A stretch of DNA of 64,000 nucleotides, taken from the NCBI GenBank assembly GCA_963791045.1, contig CAWBQK010000009.1:32001-96000 (forward strand), given 5' to 3'. The position numbers were made by a program, and so were the translations under genes. Positions 27,251-36,258 of the stretch are shown piece after piece. Numbering within the stretch: position 1 is the first letter of the stretch; each line of letters begins with the position of its first letter. The notes below the pieces were generated by a model. It had not been told where the DNA came from and did not search any database. It worked only from the letters and a program-made list of their open reading frames with translations. The stretch comes from Candidatus Latescibacterota bacterium (GTDB taxonomy: Bacteria > Krumholzibacteriota > Krumholzibacteriia > WVZY01).

Positions 27251-28612
27251 ATGAGAATCCGTTTTATTTCGACGGCGTTTGTCGTTGCGGCCTTGCTGTG
27301 CCTTGTGTTGGGGCAAGCCATGGCCGAAACCGTGGCCGGTGAAGCGGCGCTTGGATCCCAGAAATACGAGAACTACGACCGGCCCGAAGACTGTGCGGAT
27401 TGCCACGTAAATTTCTACGAACAGTGGACACAGGCGATGATGTCCCAGGCGTACACACACCACTGGGATGAAATCGAGTATTTCAATCTCGCCGTCCCCC
27501 ATGCCGAAAGAGACGAGAAGGTCGCCGGCGTCAAGGCGGGTTGCAACGGTTGCCACGCGCCTATTGTCTTTTCTTGCCGGTGACATTCCACCGCCCAGGC
27601 CGAGTGAAAACTCGCGCGCGAACGAATCGGTGTCGTGCGACGTGTGTCACACCATCACCGGCTTCGAGGGTGATACGCCGTTCAATTTCAACTTTATTTC
27701 GTCACCCGGTGATGTCAAATACGGCCCAAATGCCAATCCCGATGTGGCCGATCACGAGGTCGCGAAGAGCGAGTTCATCAAATCCGCCGAATACTGCGGC
27801 ACATGCCACAACGAAAAGAGCCCGTACGGCGCGTGGGTAAAGTCGACGCATCTCGAGTGGAAAGAAGGTCCGTACGCCGAACGCAATGTGCCGTGTCAGA
27901 ATTGCCACATGCCGACGGCGTGGGGCGCCAAGGTCGAAGACGGAGCGGAAGGCTGGGTCGCCCAGCATCTCTTCCACGGCGCGCACGATCCCGGCAAACT
28001 CGCCGGCGCCGTCGAGATCCGGATGAATCCGAAAACGCGGAAGACTCAAAGACGGGCGGCCGTGTCGTCGTCAACGTCCAGCTCTTCAACGCGAAGGCCG
28101 GACACAAGATTCCGACCGGATCGGTCGAAGATCGTATCGTGTGGCTCCATGTCACGGCGACCGACTCGAAGGGCAAGACCTTCCACCTGCCGGTGGACCA
28201 GAAAGGATTTGACGGCGAGGAGTACACAATCGCCGCCGATGTCCTCGCCTATCAGGACATGGGTGTGCCGCTCGACAAACCCGACTTCAAGGGCGTCCAG
28301 CGTGACGGCGTTCCCGTCGGCGACCGGATTTTCCGGATGCCGTACTTCGACCCGCAGGGCCGGATGACGATCATGCAGTGGAACACGGCATCGTTCGGCG
28401 CCGACTATCGGATCGGCCCGCGTGAAACCAAGATCGAAACGTACACCTGGCAGATTCCCGCCGACGCGGCGCCGGGTAAAGTGGTTTTCAAAGCGGTAAT
28501 GAACTATCAAAAACTCGTCCAGCCAGTCGCCGAGTTTCTCGGCGTCCCCAAGGACGAGACCGAGATCGTCGTGATCAACACGGCGGACACCTGGATCGAT
28601 ATCGTTGAATAG
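27251..28612 (+). CDS. Periplasmic pentaheme cytochrome c, copy 1 (frameshifts near 27565 and 28040)
   Basis: Signal peptide; CADCH, CNGCH, CDVCH, CGTCH, CQNCH; C-terminal GHKIPTGSVEDR domain collinear with copy 2. Confidence 0.85.
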
Positions 28613-28650
28613 TGACTCGGTGGGGTCTTTCTCGGGCCCTCGTTAAGCTA

Positions 28651-28833
28651 AGGCGCGGGTGGCGCCGATGGGGCCCCCGCCGCGGCGTAGCGTCGCGGAG
28701 TGCGGGGTGTACCACCTCGCTCCTAGGGGCGAATCTGAATGGTGAGTGCAAATTGCCCTTGTCGGCGTATGAGCAACCGCACGAAGCGAAAGCGAGCACG
28801 CGCGGGGTAATCGGCGACAGGACCCGCGCCGGG
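28651..28833. repeat. Dispersed GC-rich repeat, copy 2 (longer internal spacer)
   Basis: Two blocks similar to 2333-2360 and 2369-2420; internally repeated GGG..CG(A/G)(T/C)G..CCC stem-like units. Confidence 0.7.
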
Positions 28834-28983
28834 GTGGCCGATGACAGGATCCTAGCGAAGCGTAGTGCGGGCCCAAGGTAGGTCGCTTTGTTTACCTAGA
28901 ACGCAGCCGTACCGGGACCGAGAATGACCGAACCGGCCGAACTGCACCGGCGAACTGCTCGCACACAATTGGGAGGAGTTGTA

Positions 28984-30340
28984 ATGAGAGTTTTCGGATG
29001 GATTATCGTGGTCGCTCTGTTGTTGATTCCGCTGGCCGTGGCGGCGCAGGAGTCGGAGCTGCCGGCCGGGGACGAGGCGCTCGGCACCAAAAAGTACGAC
29101 CAGTACGAGATGCCCAAGACATGCGGGGCCTGTCACACTGATTTCTTCAGACAGTGGGAACAGGCGATGATGTCGCAGGCGTACACCCACCACTGGGACG
29201 AGATCGAATACTTCGAACTTGCCATCCCACACGCCGACAAAGACGAAATGGTGGCCGGTGTCAAAGCGGGGTGCAACGGTTGTCACGCCCCCGTTTCTTT
29301 TTTTGGCCGGCGATGTCCCGCCGCCACGCCCCGAGGAGAACTCGCGCGCGAATGAGTCCGTGTCGTGCGATTTATGTCATACCATCATCGGTTTCAAAGG
29401 CGACACGCCGTACAATTTTAATTTCATTTCGTCGCCCGGCAAAACCAAGTACGGCCCCAAAGAGGGTCTCTCGTCTCCCTACCATGAGACCGAGCTCCTC
29501 CCGTTCATCTCCACCGCCGAATTCTGCGGGACGTGTCACAACGAGATGAGCCCGTACGGCCAGTGGGTCAAGGCCACTCATCTCGAGTGGAAAGAAGGCC
29601 CCTATTCCGCCCAGGGTGTTCCCTGTCATCACTGTCACATGCCGAAGGGCAAGGGCAAGAACGCGGTCATGGCCAAGGAGGACTATATCGCCCAGCATCT
29701 TTTCCACGGCGCTCACGATCCAGGCAAACTCGCCGGCGCCGTCGAAATGCGGATGCACCCCGACGTGCGTGAAATCGAATACGACGGCACCATCACCCTC
29801 AAGCTCCAGCTCCATAACGCCAAGGCGGGGCACAAGATACCAACAGGGTCAGTCGAAGACCGGATTGTCTGGGTGCATGTAACCGCCACCGACGCCGACG
29901 GCAAGACCTACCACCTCCCCGTCGACAAAAAGGGGTTCGAAGGCGAGGAATACACGATCGCCGCCGACGTTCTCGCATACCAGGACATGGGTGTCCCGCT
30001 AAACGATCCAAACTTCAAGGGAGTTCAACGCGACGGCGTTCCGATCGGAGACAGGATCTTCCGCATGCCGTACTTCGACCCGCAAGGCAGGATGACGATC
30101 ATGCAGTGGAACACCAAGTCTTTCGGAGTCGACTACCGGATCGGCCCGCGAGAGACCAAGATCGAATCGTTCACCTGGGAACTTCCAGAGGATATCGCGG
30201 TCGGCATCGTCAAATTCGAGGCGGTACTCAACTATCAGCGGCTCGTCACGCCGGTTGCCGAGCTTCTCAAAGTGCCGGAAGAAGAAACTGAAACCGTTGT
30301 CATCAACCGGGCAAACACATGGGTCGAGGTTTACGAATAG
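28984..30340 (+). CDS. Periplasmic pentaheme cytochrome c, copy 2 (frameshift near 29300)
   Basis: Signal peptide; CGACH, CNGCH, CDLCH, CGTCH, CHHCH; one extra T in a T7 run. Confidence 0.87.
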
Positions 30341-30378
30341 TCGGAAAGCGGCACCGAACGATGGGAGGAGATAGCGGA

Positions 30379-31578
30379 ATGAAATGGCAAGCCTGTATCA
30401 TAATGGTTCTAATCGGTATCTTTGTGTTTTTGTCGGTCACCCCGCCGGAAACCGACGCGATCCCCGCGTTCGCACGGCGGTACAAGTTGTCGTGCACGAC
30501 ATGTCATGCGCCGTTCCCACGTCTGAAAGATTTCGGCGATGAGTTTGCCGGCAACGGCTTCTACATCCCGGAGGAAGAGAAAGAGCGCGACTACGTGTCC
30601 GGTGGCGACCCGCTGCTCTCGCTCAACAAGACGTTCCCGATCGCCATCCGCATGGATGCTTTCGCACAGTATGATAGCGACAAGGACATCGGCACCGATC
30701 TCCAGGCGCCCTGGGGTGTCAAGCTGCTCTCCGGAGGCACGATCGCCAAGAACATCGGCTACTACTTTTACTTTTATCTCATGGAGCGCGGCGACATCGC
30801 CGGTCTCGAGGATGCTTACGTTCACTTCAACAACATCCGCGGCTGGGAGCTTGACATTATGGTTGGTCAGTTCCAGACATCCGACCCGTTGATGAAACGC
30901 GAGATGAGATTGACCCGCGAAGACTACCGCGCATACGTCGCCCGTCCCGGCGAGTCGCGGATCAACATCACTTATGATCGCGGCGTGATGATCCCCTTCA
31001 CGATCACAAAGACATCAACCGACCTCGTCGGGATGGTCGTGAACGGAAACGGTCTTCCCGACGCCGATAGCGACCGGGTCTACGATGAGAATGGTTTCAA
31101 AAATGTGGCCTTTCACTTGAACCAGGCGATTGTCGATGTCGCATCGCTCGGCGGGTATGTCTATTACGGCCGCGAGAAGTCATCGGATCCGTTAGTAGAA
31201 AACGCCCCCGAATACCAGAATGAAGTGACTTATCTGGGCGTCGATGGTGGGGTGGATTTCAGTCAGCATGCGGCACTCAGAGCCCAGTATCTGTACCGCA
31301 AGGACACGAATCCGTTCTTCGTCGCAACACCCGAAGATGTCGAGACCAACGGCCTCATCGTCGAACTCGTCCTGTCCCCCGACATCGAGCGGGCTCGATA
31401 TCATGTCACGCTTCTCTACAACCTCGTCGATTCCGATGACGATTTCACTGATTATGAAACGGGAACGGCGAGCTTGTCGTATCTTCTCGCCCGAAACGCG
31501 CGGCTGATGGGAGAGTATTCCTACAACGTCACTCAAAGCTTTAACCGGGTTGTGCTCGGCTTCATCGGCGCTTTCTAA
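30379..31578 (+). CDS. Cyc2-like monoheme cytochrome c-porin fusion
   Basis: Signal peptide then AIPAFARRYKLSCTTCHAPFPRLKDFGDEFAGNGF; beta-strand-rich body ending in Phe. Confidence 0.78.
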   Translation: MKWQACIIMVLIGIFVFLSVTPPETDAIPAFARRYKLSCTTCHAPFPRLKDFGDEFAGNGFYIPEEEKERDYVSGGDPLLSLNKTFPIAIRMDAFAQYDSDKDIGTDLQAPWGVKLLSGGTIAKNIGYYFYFYLMERGDIAGLEDAYVHFNNIRGWELDIMVGQFQTSDPLMKREMRLTREDYRAYVARPGESRINITYDRGVMIPFTITKTSTDLVGMVVNGNGLPDADSDRVYDENGFKNVAFHLNQAIVDVASLGGYVYYGREKSSDPLVENAPEYQNEVTYLGVDGGVDFSQHAALRAQYLYRKDTNPFFVATPEDVETNGLIVELVLSPDIERARYHVTLLYNLVDSDDDFTDYETGTASLSYLLARNARLMGEYSYNVTQSFNRVVLGFIGAF

Positions 31579-31588
31579 ATAGCCTCTC

Positions 31589-31623
31589 AAACCCCCGATT
31601 TCGCAATGGAATCGGGGGTTTTT
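31589..31623 (+). terminator. Rho-independent terminator
   Basis: AAACCCCCGATT-loop-AATCGGGGGTTTTT. Confidence 0.85.
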
Positions 31624-31638
31624 GTGTCCATTTTGGTC

Positions 31639-31667
31639 TTGAATCCGCCCCCCGTGACCGCTATACT
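31639..31667 (+). promoter_or_regulatory. sigma70 promoter of the nickel operon
   Basis: TTGAAT-N17-TATACT. Confidence 0.7.
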
Positions 31668-31670
31668 CTT

Positions 31671-31701
31671 TGGTATTACGAATATAACATTTGTAATACC
31701 A
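31671..31701. promoter_or_regulatory. NikR operator
   Basis: Perfect arms TGGTATTAC-N13-GTAATACCA just downstream of the -10; the operon ends in nikR. Confidence 0.8.
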
Positions 31702-31714
31702 GGAGGCAAACCCG

Positions 31715-32425
31715 GTGAAATGGATTCTCGCGGCGATTTTATTCATAATTTCGACCCCGCTCGCGGTCTTCGCCCACGACATGTGGATCGAGAAAACCCC
31801 CGCGGGACCCACGCTTTTTTACGGACACAAATACGGACACAAGCACTCACAACACGAGGGCGCGGAGCTCGTCGAGTATTCTGCCTACATCATCGTCCGG
31901 GCGGACTGTTTTGACGCTGGCGGGGCGGGCGGTCCGGCCGTCCTGGGAGACACATCGCCGGTTACGATCGGCGGCCCCTGCGCGGCCGTTTTCGTGCTCA
32001 CCTCGACCGGTATCTGGTCCAAGACCCCATACGGGACAAAAAATATCCCGAAAACAGAAGCCGACAACGCGATCAAGAGTTGGTTGTCGTTCGAGAGCGT
32101 CAAACGGATCGACGCGTGGGGCGAGCCTCTCTCCCGCCCGCTCACAGAGAATCTCGAGATCACACCGGTCGAGAACCCGCTCATTCTAAAAAACGGCAAG
32201 AAACTGCGACTTCTCGTTACATTCGAGGGCCAACCCGTCTCCGGCGTAGCGGTCGGTTATGACGGAGAACCACGCGGTGTCACTGACAAGGATGGCCGCA
32301 TTAACATCAAGCTCCGCCACGGCGGATTCCAGCTTGTCCAGGCCTCGCTTCACAGGCCATACGAATCACCCGAAGCGGACGAAGTCATTCACACCACCAA
32401 TCTCAATTTTGAGACGGAGCAGTAA
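31715..32425 (+). CDS. DUF4198-like periplasmic Ni/Co uptake protein
   Basis: Signal peptide ending AH, YGH, LEITPVENP, TDKDG. Confidence 0.75.
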   Translation: MKWILAAILFIISTPLAVFAHDMWIEKTPAGPTLFYGHKYGHKHSQHEGAELVEYSAYIIVRADCFDAGGAGGPAVLGDTSPVTIGGPCAAVFVLTSTGIWSKTPYGTKNIPKTEADNAIKSWLSFESVKRIDAWGEPLSRPLTENLEITPVENPLILKNGKKLRLLVTFEGQPVSGVAVGYDGEPRGVTDKDGRINIKLRHGGFQLVQASLHRPYESPEADEVIHTTNLNFETEQ

Positions 32426-32428
32426 CCC

Positions 32429-32860
32429 ATGAAAAAGATATGTATCGTCGTCGCGTGTGTTCTTTTGGTGTCGACACTCGTCCATGCCCACGAACTCCGG
32501 CGCGCGGTATCCCAAACCGACGCCGTCGTCATTGAGTTGACCTACGCCGACGGGACCCCGTTCGATTTTGAGCAATACGAGATTTATTCGCCCGGCGGCG
32601 GGGCGCCCTTTCAGGTGGGACGTAGCGATGCGCACGGTCGCGTGGTGTTCGTTCCCGACGTGGCGGGAGAATGGCGATTGAAAGCGTTTTCGGAGGACGG
32701 GCACGGAACTGATTTCACGTTTGAAACCAACGCGGGTGGAAAGGCAATAGGATCGGATCAACCGCTGGTCTGGCGTTATTCGATGATATTCGTTGGCGTC
32801 GCCATCATTCTGGGCGCGTTTGGATTGCTTTCACTTTTCTTGAAGAGGAGGACAGGATGA
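32429..32860 (+). CDS. Membrane-anchored nickel transport accessory protein (NikL/CbiL-like)
   Basis: Signal peptide ending AH, YADGTP, GRSDAHG, DGH, C-terminal TM helix. Confidence 0.6.
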   Translation: MKKICIVVACVLLVSTLVHAHELRRAVSQTDAVVIELTYADGTPFDFEQYEIYSPGGGAPFQVGRSDAHGRVVFVPDVAGEWRLKAFSEDGHGTDFTFETNAGGKAIGSDQPLVWRYSMIFVGVAIILGAFGLLSLFLKRRTG

Positions 32861-33840
32861 GATGGGTTGTTGTGGTGTGTGCGATTCTGGTTCTGAGCTC
32901 CGGCGTCGCGAACGCCCATCACGGCGTGGCGTCACTGGGTGTCGCCGGACTCGAAGGACCCGGCGCTCCCCTCGAGACGTCAACATCGGCCACACTGCCA
33001 AGCAATGGCTGGCTGATCTACGGCAAGGTCGATTACGCACGTTTTGAGAAATTCACGCCGGAACTAGATGCTGAGGGCGACTACAACGCTTTCTGGATGT
33101 ACAGCCTCGGATACGGCATCCGCTCCTGGCTGTCTCTTTACTGTTTTGTTCCGTTCTATTCGAAGGTGGTCGAAGACAACTCGTACAACACGACGGGCTT
33201 TGCCGACATTTCACTGATGGGTGTCTTTGGATTCAAATACGACGAGGGTCTCAAACTTACGCGTGACACGGAGAGTCTCGACGACATGGAGGACTGGCAT
33301 TTCACGCTCTACGGCGGAATGAGCCTCCCCACGGGAAACGCAAACATCAAAGACTCCGAAGGCAGCATCGACCCCGGAATGTCCCTCGGATTCGGCCGCC
33401 CGGCGTACCAGGCGGGGTTCACGGCGACAAAACTCTTTGCCCATCGCTTCACGTACGTTCTCGAGGGATCCTACATCGGGTTCACCGAGTACGAATACGA
33501 TGACGGCAGCAAGGTACAGTTTGGCGAAGAACTTCGACTGAATAACGCGTTTGTCGCAAAGCTCCTCACCAAACCCAGCGCGAAGTTCAGACTCGACGGG
33601 ATTCTTGAGGCGGACTACCTGAGCCTGGGACGCGACAAGCTAAACGGCGAGGGTGAACTTGCCACCGGCGGCGACATGCTTTACATCGTACCGGGCCTGC
33701 GAATTTTTTACAAAAACACGAGCCTCGCCGGCGGCGTCAAACTCCCGGTCTGGACCGACCTCAACGAAGACGATCTCCAGCAGGGCGCCGAGGGCAAGGA
33801 AAACTACCGCGCGATCGTCACGTTGTCGGTCCTTTTGTAG
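32857..33840 (+). CDS. Outer-membrane beta-barrel transporter (MetA-pathway/SphA-like)
   Basis: Signal peptide ending AHH, GFADISL, SLPTG, TGGDMLYIVPG, alternating beta-strand pattern. Confidence 0.6.
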   Translation: MRWVVVVCAILVLSSGVANAHHGVASLGVAGLEGPGAPLETSTSATLPSNGWLIYGKVDYARFEKFTPELDAEGDYNAFWMYSLGYGIRSWLSLYCFVPFYSKVVEDNSYNTTGFADISLMGVFGFKYDEGLKLTRDTESLDDMEDWHFTLYGGMSLPTGNANIKDSEGSIDPGMSLGFGRPAYQAGFTATKLFAHRFTYVLEGSYIGFTEYEYDDGSKVQFGEELRLNNAFVAKLLTKPSAKFRLDGILEADYLSLGRDKLNGEGELATGGDMLYIVPGLRIFYKNTSLAGGVKLPVWTDLNEDDLQQGAEGKENYRAIVTLSVLL

Positions 33841-33855
33841 TAAACGGAGACACGG

Positions 33856-34497
33856 GTGCACATTCCCGACGGATTCATATCACCAAAGGTTTACATCCCG
33901 GCCTACGCCGCCGCCGCGGGGCTGTGGGTGTATGCGGCGCGGCGGGTCAAGCGGGGTCTTAGCGAAGAGGCGCTCCCGCTCATCGCGGTAATCACGGCGC
34001 TTGCCTTCGTGTTGATGATGATTGCCATCCCGCTTCCCGGCGGCACCTCGGTGCACGCTTCCGGAATCGGCGTCCTCGCCGTTTTGTTCGGCGTGTGGGT
34101 GTCGTTTTTGTCGATCTCGATGGTACTCATGATCCAGGCGCTCCTCTTCGGCGTGGGAGGCATCACGTCGCTGCCCATCAACGCGATCGCGATGGGGCTC
34201 GCCGGTGGTTTCGCCGCCGCGGTCGGCTTCCGATTGATCAAGAACCTCTCGATGAAAGCCGCATTGTTCCTGGCCGGGTGGCTCGCCGTGGTGGTACCGG
34301 CGATCATCCTCGCCGTTGTCCTCGGCTTGCAGCCGGCAATCGCGCACACCGCCGACGGCACACCACTATTTTTTCCGTTTGGAATCAATATCACGCTCCC
34401 CGCCGTTACGATTCCACATGCACTCGTCGGCATCGGCGAAGGCGTGCTTACCGTTCTCGTGTATCAGTTCGTCACACGCTTGAGGAAGAAATCGTGA
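33856..34497 (+). CDS. cbiM: ECF Ni/Co transporter S component NikM/CbiM
   Basis: MHIPDG N-terminus, GTSVH, QALLFGVGG, GEG. Confidence 0.9.
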   Translation: MHIPDGFISPKVYIPAYAAAAGLWVYAARRVKRGLSEEALPLIAVITALAFVLMMIAIPLPGGTSVHASGIGVLAVLFGVWVSFLSISMVLMIQALLFGVGGITSLPINAIAMGLAGGFAAAVGFRLIKNLSMKAALFLAGWLAVVVPAIILAVVLGLQPAIAHTADGTPLFFPFGINITLPAVTIPHALVGIGEGVLTVLVYQFVTRLRKKS

Positions 34498-35048
34498 ACA
34501 GACAAACAGCGATCCTCATCGTCTACCTCACCGTGGTGTTCGCCATCACTATGATTCACAATGCCGCGGCGCTTGCCGTCGCGCTGTTCGGAGCGATCAT
34601 CTTCGCCGGCGCTCGTCGTTGGCCGATCGCACGTCGATCGCTACTCGCCATCGTGCTTTTTAATTCGGTCGTAACGGTCTCGTACATACTGCTGACAATA
34701 TTTCAGGGTGGATTCTCTTTCTATTTTGTTGTGTTGATAAATGTCCGCGTATTTCTTCTGACGTACCTGACATTTCTTGTGGTCGAACGGGTGAATCCAT
34801 TCAAGGCCCTGGCGTTTTCAAACACACTCTCCTATCTCTTTTCCCTGGCCTACGGACACATCATCACATTTCGCCGTTTGTACGACGATTTCCGCCTGGC
34901 GCTGAAGAGCAGAACGATGAAACGCGCCCGCACGCGGGATCTCTACCGTCACGGGGCGGCAACCGGGGCGTTCTTTCTCCAGAAATCGCTCCACGACACG
35001 ACTGAAATCACCGAGGCAATGAAATCACGGGGGTTCTTCAATGATTAG
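34494..35048 (+). CDS. cbiQ: ECF T component NikQ/CbiQ
   Basis: TM helices, ALKSR and AMKSRG; GTGA overlap with the cbiM stop. Confidence 0.8.
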   Translation: MNRQTAILIVYLTVVFAITMIHNAAALAVALFGAIIFAGARRWPIARRSLLAIVLFNSVVTVSYILLTIFQGGFSFYFVVLINVRVFLLTYLTFLVVERVNPFKALAFSNTLSYLFSLAYGHIITFRRLYDDFRLALKSRTMKRARTRDLYRHGAATGAFFLQKSLHDTTEITEAMKSRGFFND

Positions 35049-35817
35049 CGTCGAGGGTCTCGGCCACGCGTACAACGGTGACGAGTTGATCCTCAAAGGA
35101 GTGACCTTTGCCGTAGAGCCAGGAGAAAAGGTGGTTCTTCTGGGGACAAACGGGTGCGGCAAATCCTCGCTTCTCAAGATATTGAACGGGTTGATTTCAC
35201 CACGCGAAGGTCGCTTCAACTATAAAGACGAGATAATCACGCCGGCGCTTCTCAAAGACGCGTCATTCAACCGCCGCTTCCGCCGTGAGGTCGTCCTACT
35301 CTTTCAAAACCCCGACGCGATGCTCTTTAACCCGACCGTCTTCGATGAAATCGCCTTCGGCCTTCGCCAGCTCGGAATCGATTCCGTAGACGACCGCGTC
35401 AAATACTGGGCGGATCAATTCGATCTCACACGTTATCTCGACCGGGTACCCTTTCAACTGAGCCGGGGGGAAAAGCAAAAGGTATGTCTCGCGTCGCTTC
35501 TCGCTATCGAGCCCGAATTCCTCCTTCTCGATGAACCGACGGCGAACCTCGACCCGCGGAGCACCGGATGGCTTGTCGACTACCTTCAGGATATTGAGAT
35601 GACAACACTCGTCACCACCCACAACCTCGGAATCGCTTCGGAGCTTGGCGACCGCACGCTTGTGTTATCCGAGACTCACGAACTGATCTATGACGGCAAG
35701 ATCGACGATCTCCTCGGCGACACAGACAAGCTCATCGCCGCGAATCTCGTTCACGTCCACAAACACAAACACGGCGATGTCGAGCACCGCCACTATCACA
35801 CCCACGACTGGGAGTAG
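35041..35817 (+). CDS. cbiO: ECF ATPase NikO/CbiO with His-rich tail
   Basis: [23 protein letters not shown], tail [18 protein letters not shown]. Confidence 0.9.
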   Translation: MISVEGLGHAYNGDELILKGVTFAVEPGEKVVLLGTNGCGKSSLLKILNGLISPREGRFNYKDEIITPALLKDASFNRRFRREVVLLFQNPDAMLFNPTVFDEIAFGLRQLGIDSVDDRVKYWADQFDLTRYLDRVPFQLSRGEKQKVCLASLLAIEPEFLLLDEPTANLDPRSTGWLVDYLQDIEMTTLVTTHNLGIASELGDRTLVLSETHELIYDGKIDDLLGDTDKLIAANLVHVHKHKHGDVEHRHYHTHDWE

Positions 35818-35821
35818 GAAC

Positions 35822-36244
35822 ATGGCCAGGAAGGATGACACCATCCGTTTTACCGTGTCTTTGCCCGAAAAGCTATTCAAGGAGCTGGACAAACGCGTGA
35901 GCCGGAAAGAATATTCGTCGCGTTCCGAGTTCGTACGCGATCTCATCCGCGAGCAGATCATCGAAACAAAATGGTCGGACAGCTCAGGCGCCGTCGTCGG
36001 CGTCCTGACGATAAGCTTCGACCATCATCAGCGCGGACTCACACAGAAGATACTCGACATCCAGCATAGCAAGTTTGTCAACATCCTGTGCTCGACCCAC
36101 GTTCACATGGATCACCACAACTGCCTCGAAGTCATCATCATCAAGGGGAAGCCGCCCGAAATCGAGCGTATAAAAAATCAAATCGGCGGGCTTCGCGGGG
36201 TCCGCTTTGCCAAACTCACGCGAGCGTCAACAGTTGAGATGTAG
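35822..36244 (+). CDS. nikR: Nickel-responsive regulator NikR
   Basis: [28 protein letters not shown]. Confidence 0.95.
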   Translation: MARKDDTIRFTVSLPEKLFKELDKRVSRKEYSSRSEFVRDLIREQIIETKWSDSSGAVVGVLTISFDHHQRGLTQKILDIQHSKFVNILCSTHVHMDHHNCLEVIIIKGKPPEIERIKNQIGGLRGVRFAKLTRASTVEM

Positions 36245-36258
36245 CGGCCAGGGGCGGA

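Noticed and set aside
27578-27583. TGA after FSCR in cytochrome copy 1 as Sec
   Set aside because: Homology to copy 2 continues in a different frame, so readthrough would not restore the protein.
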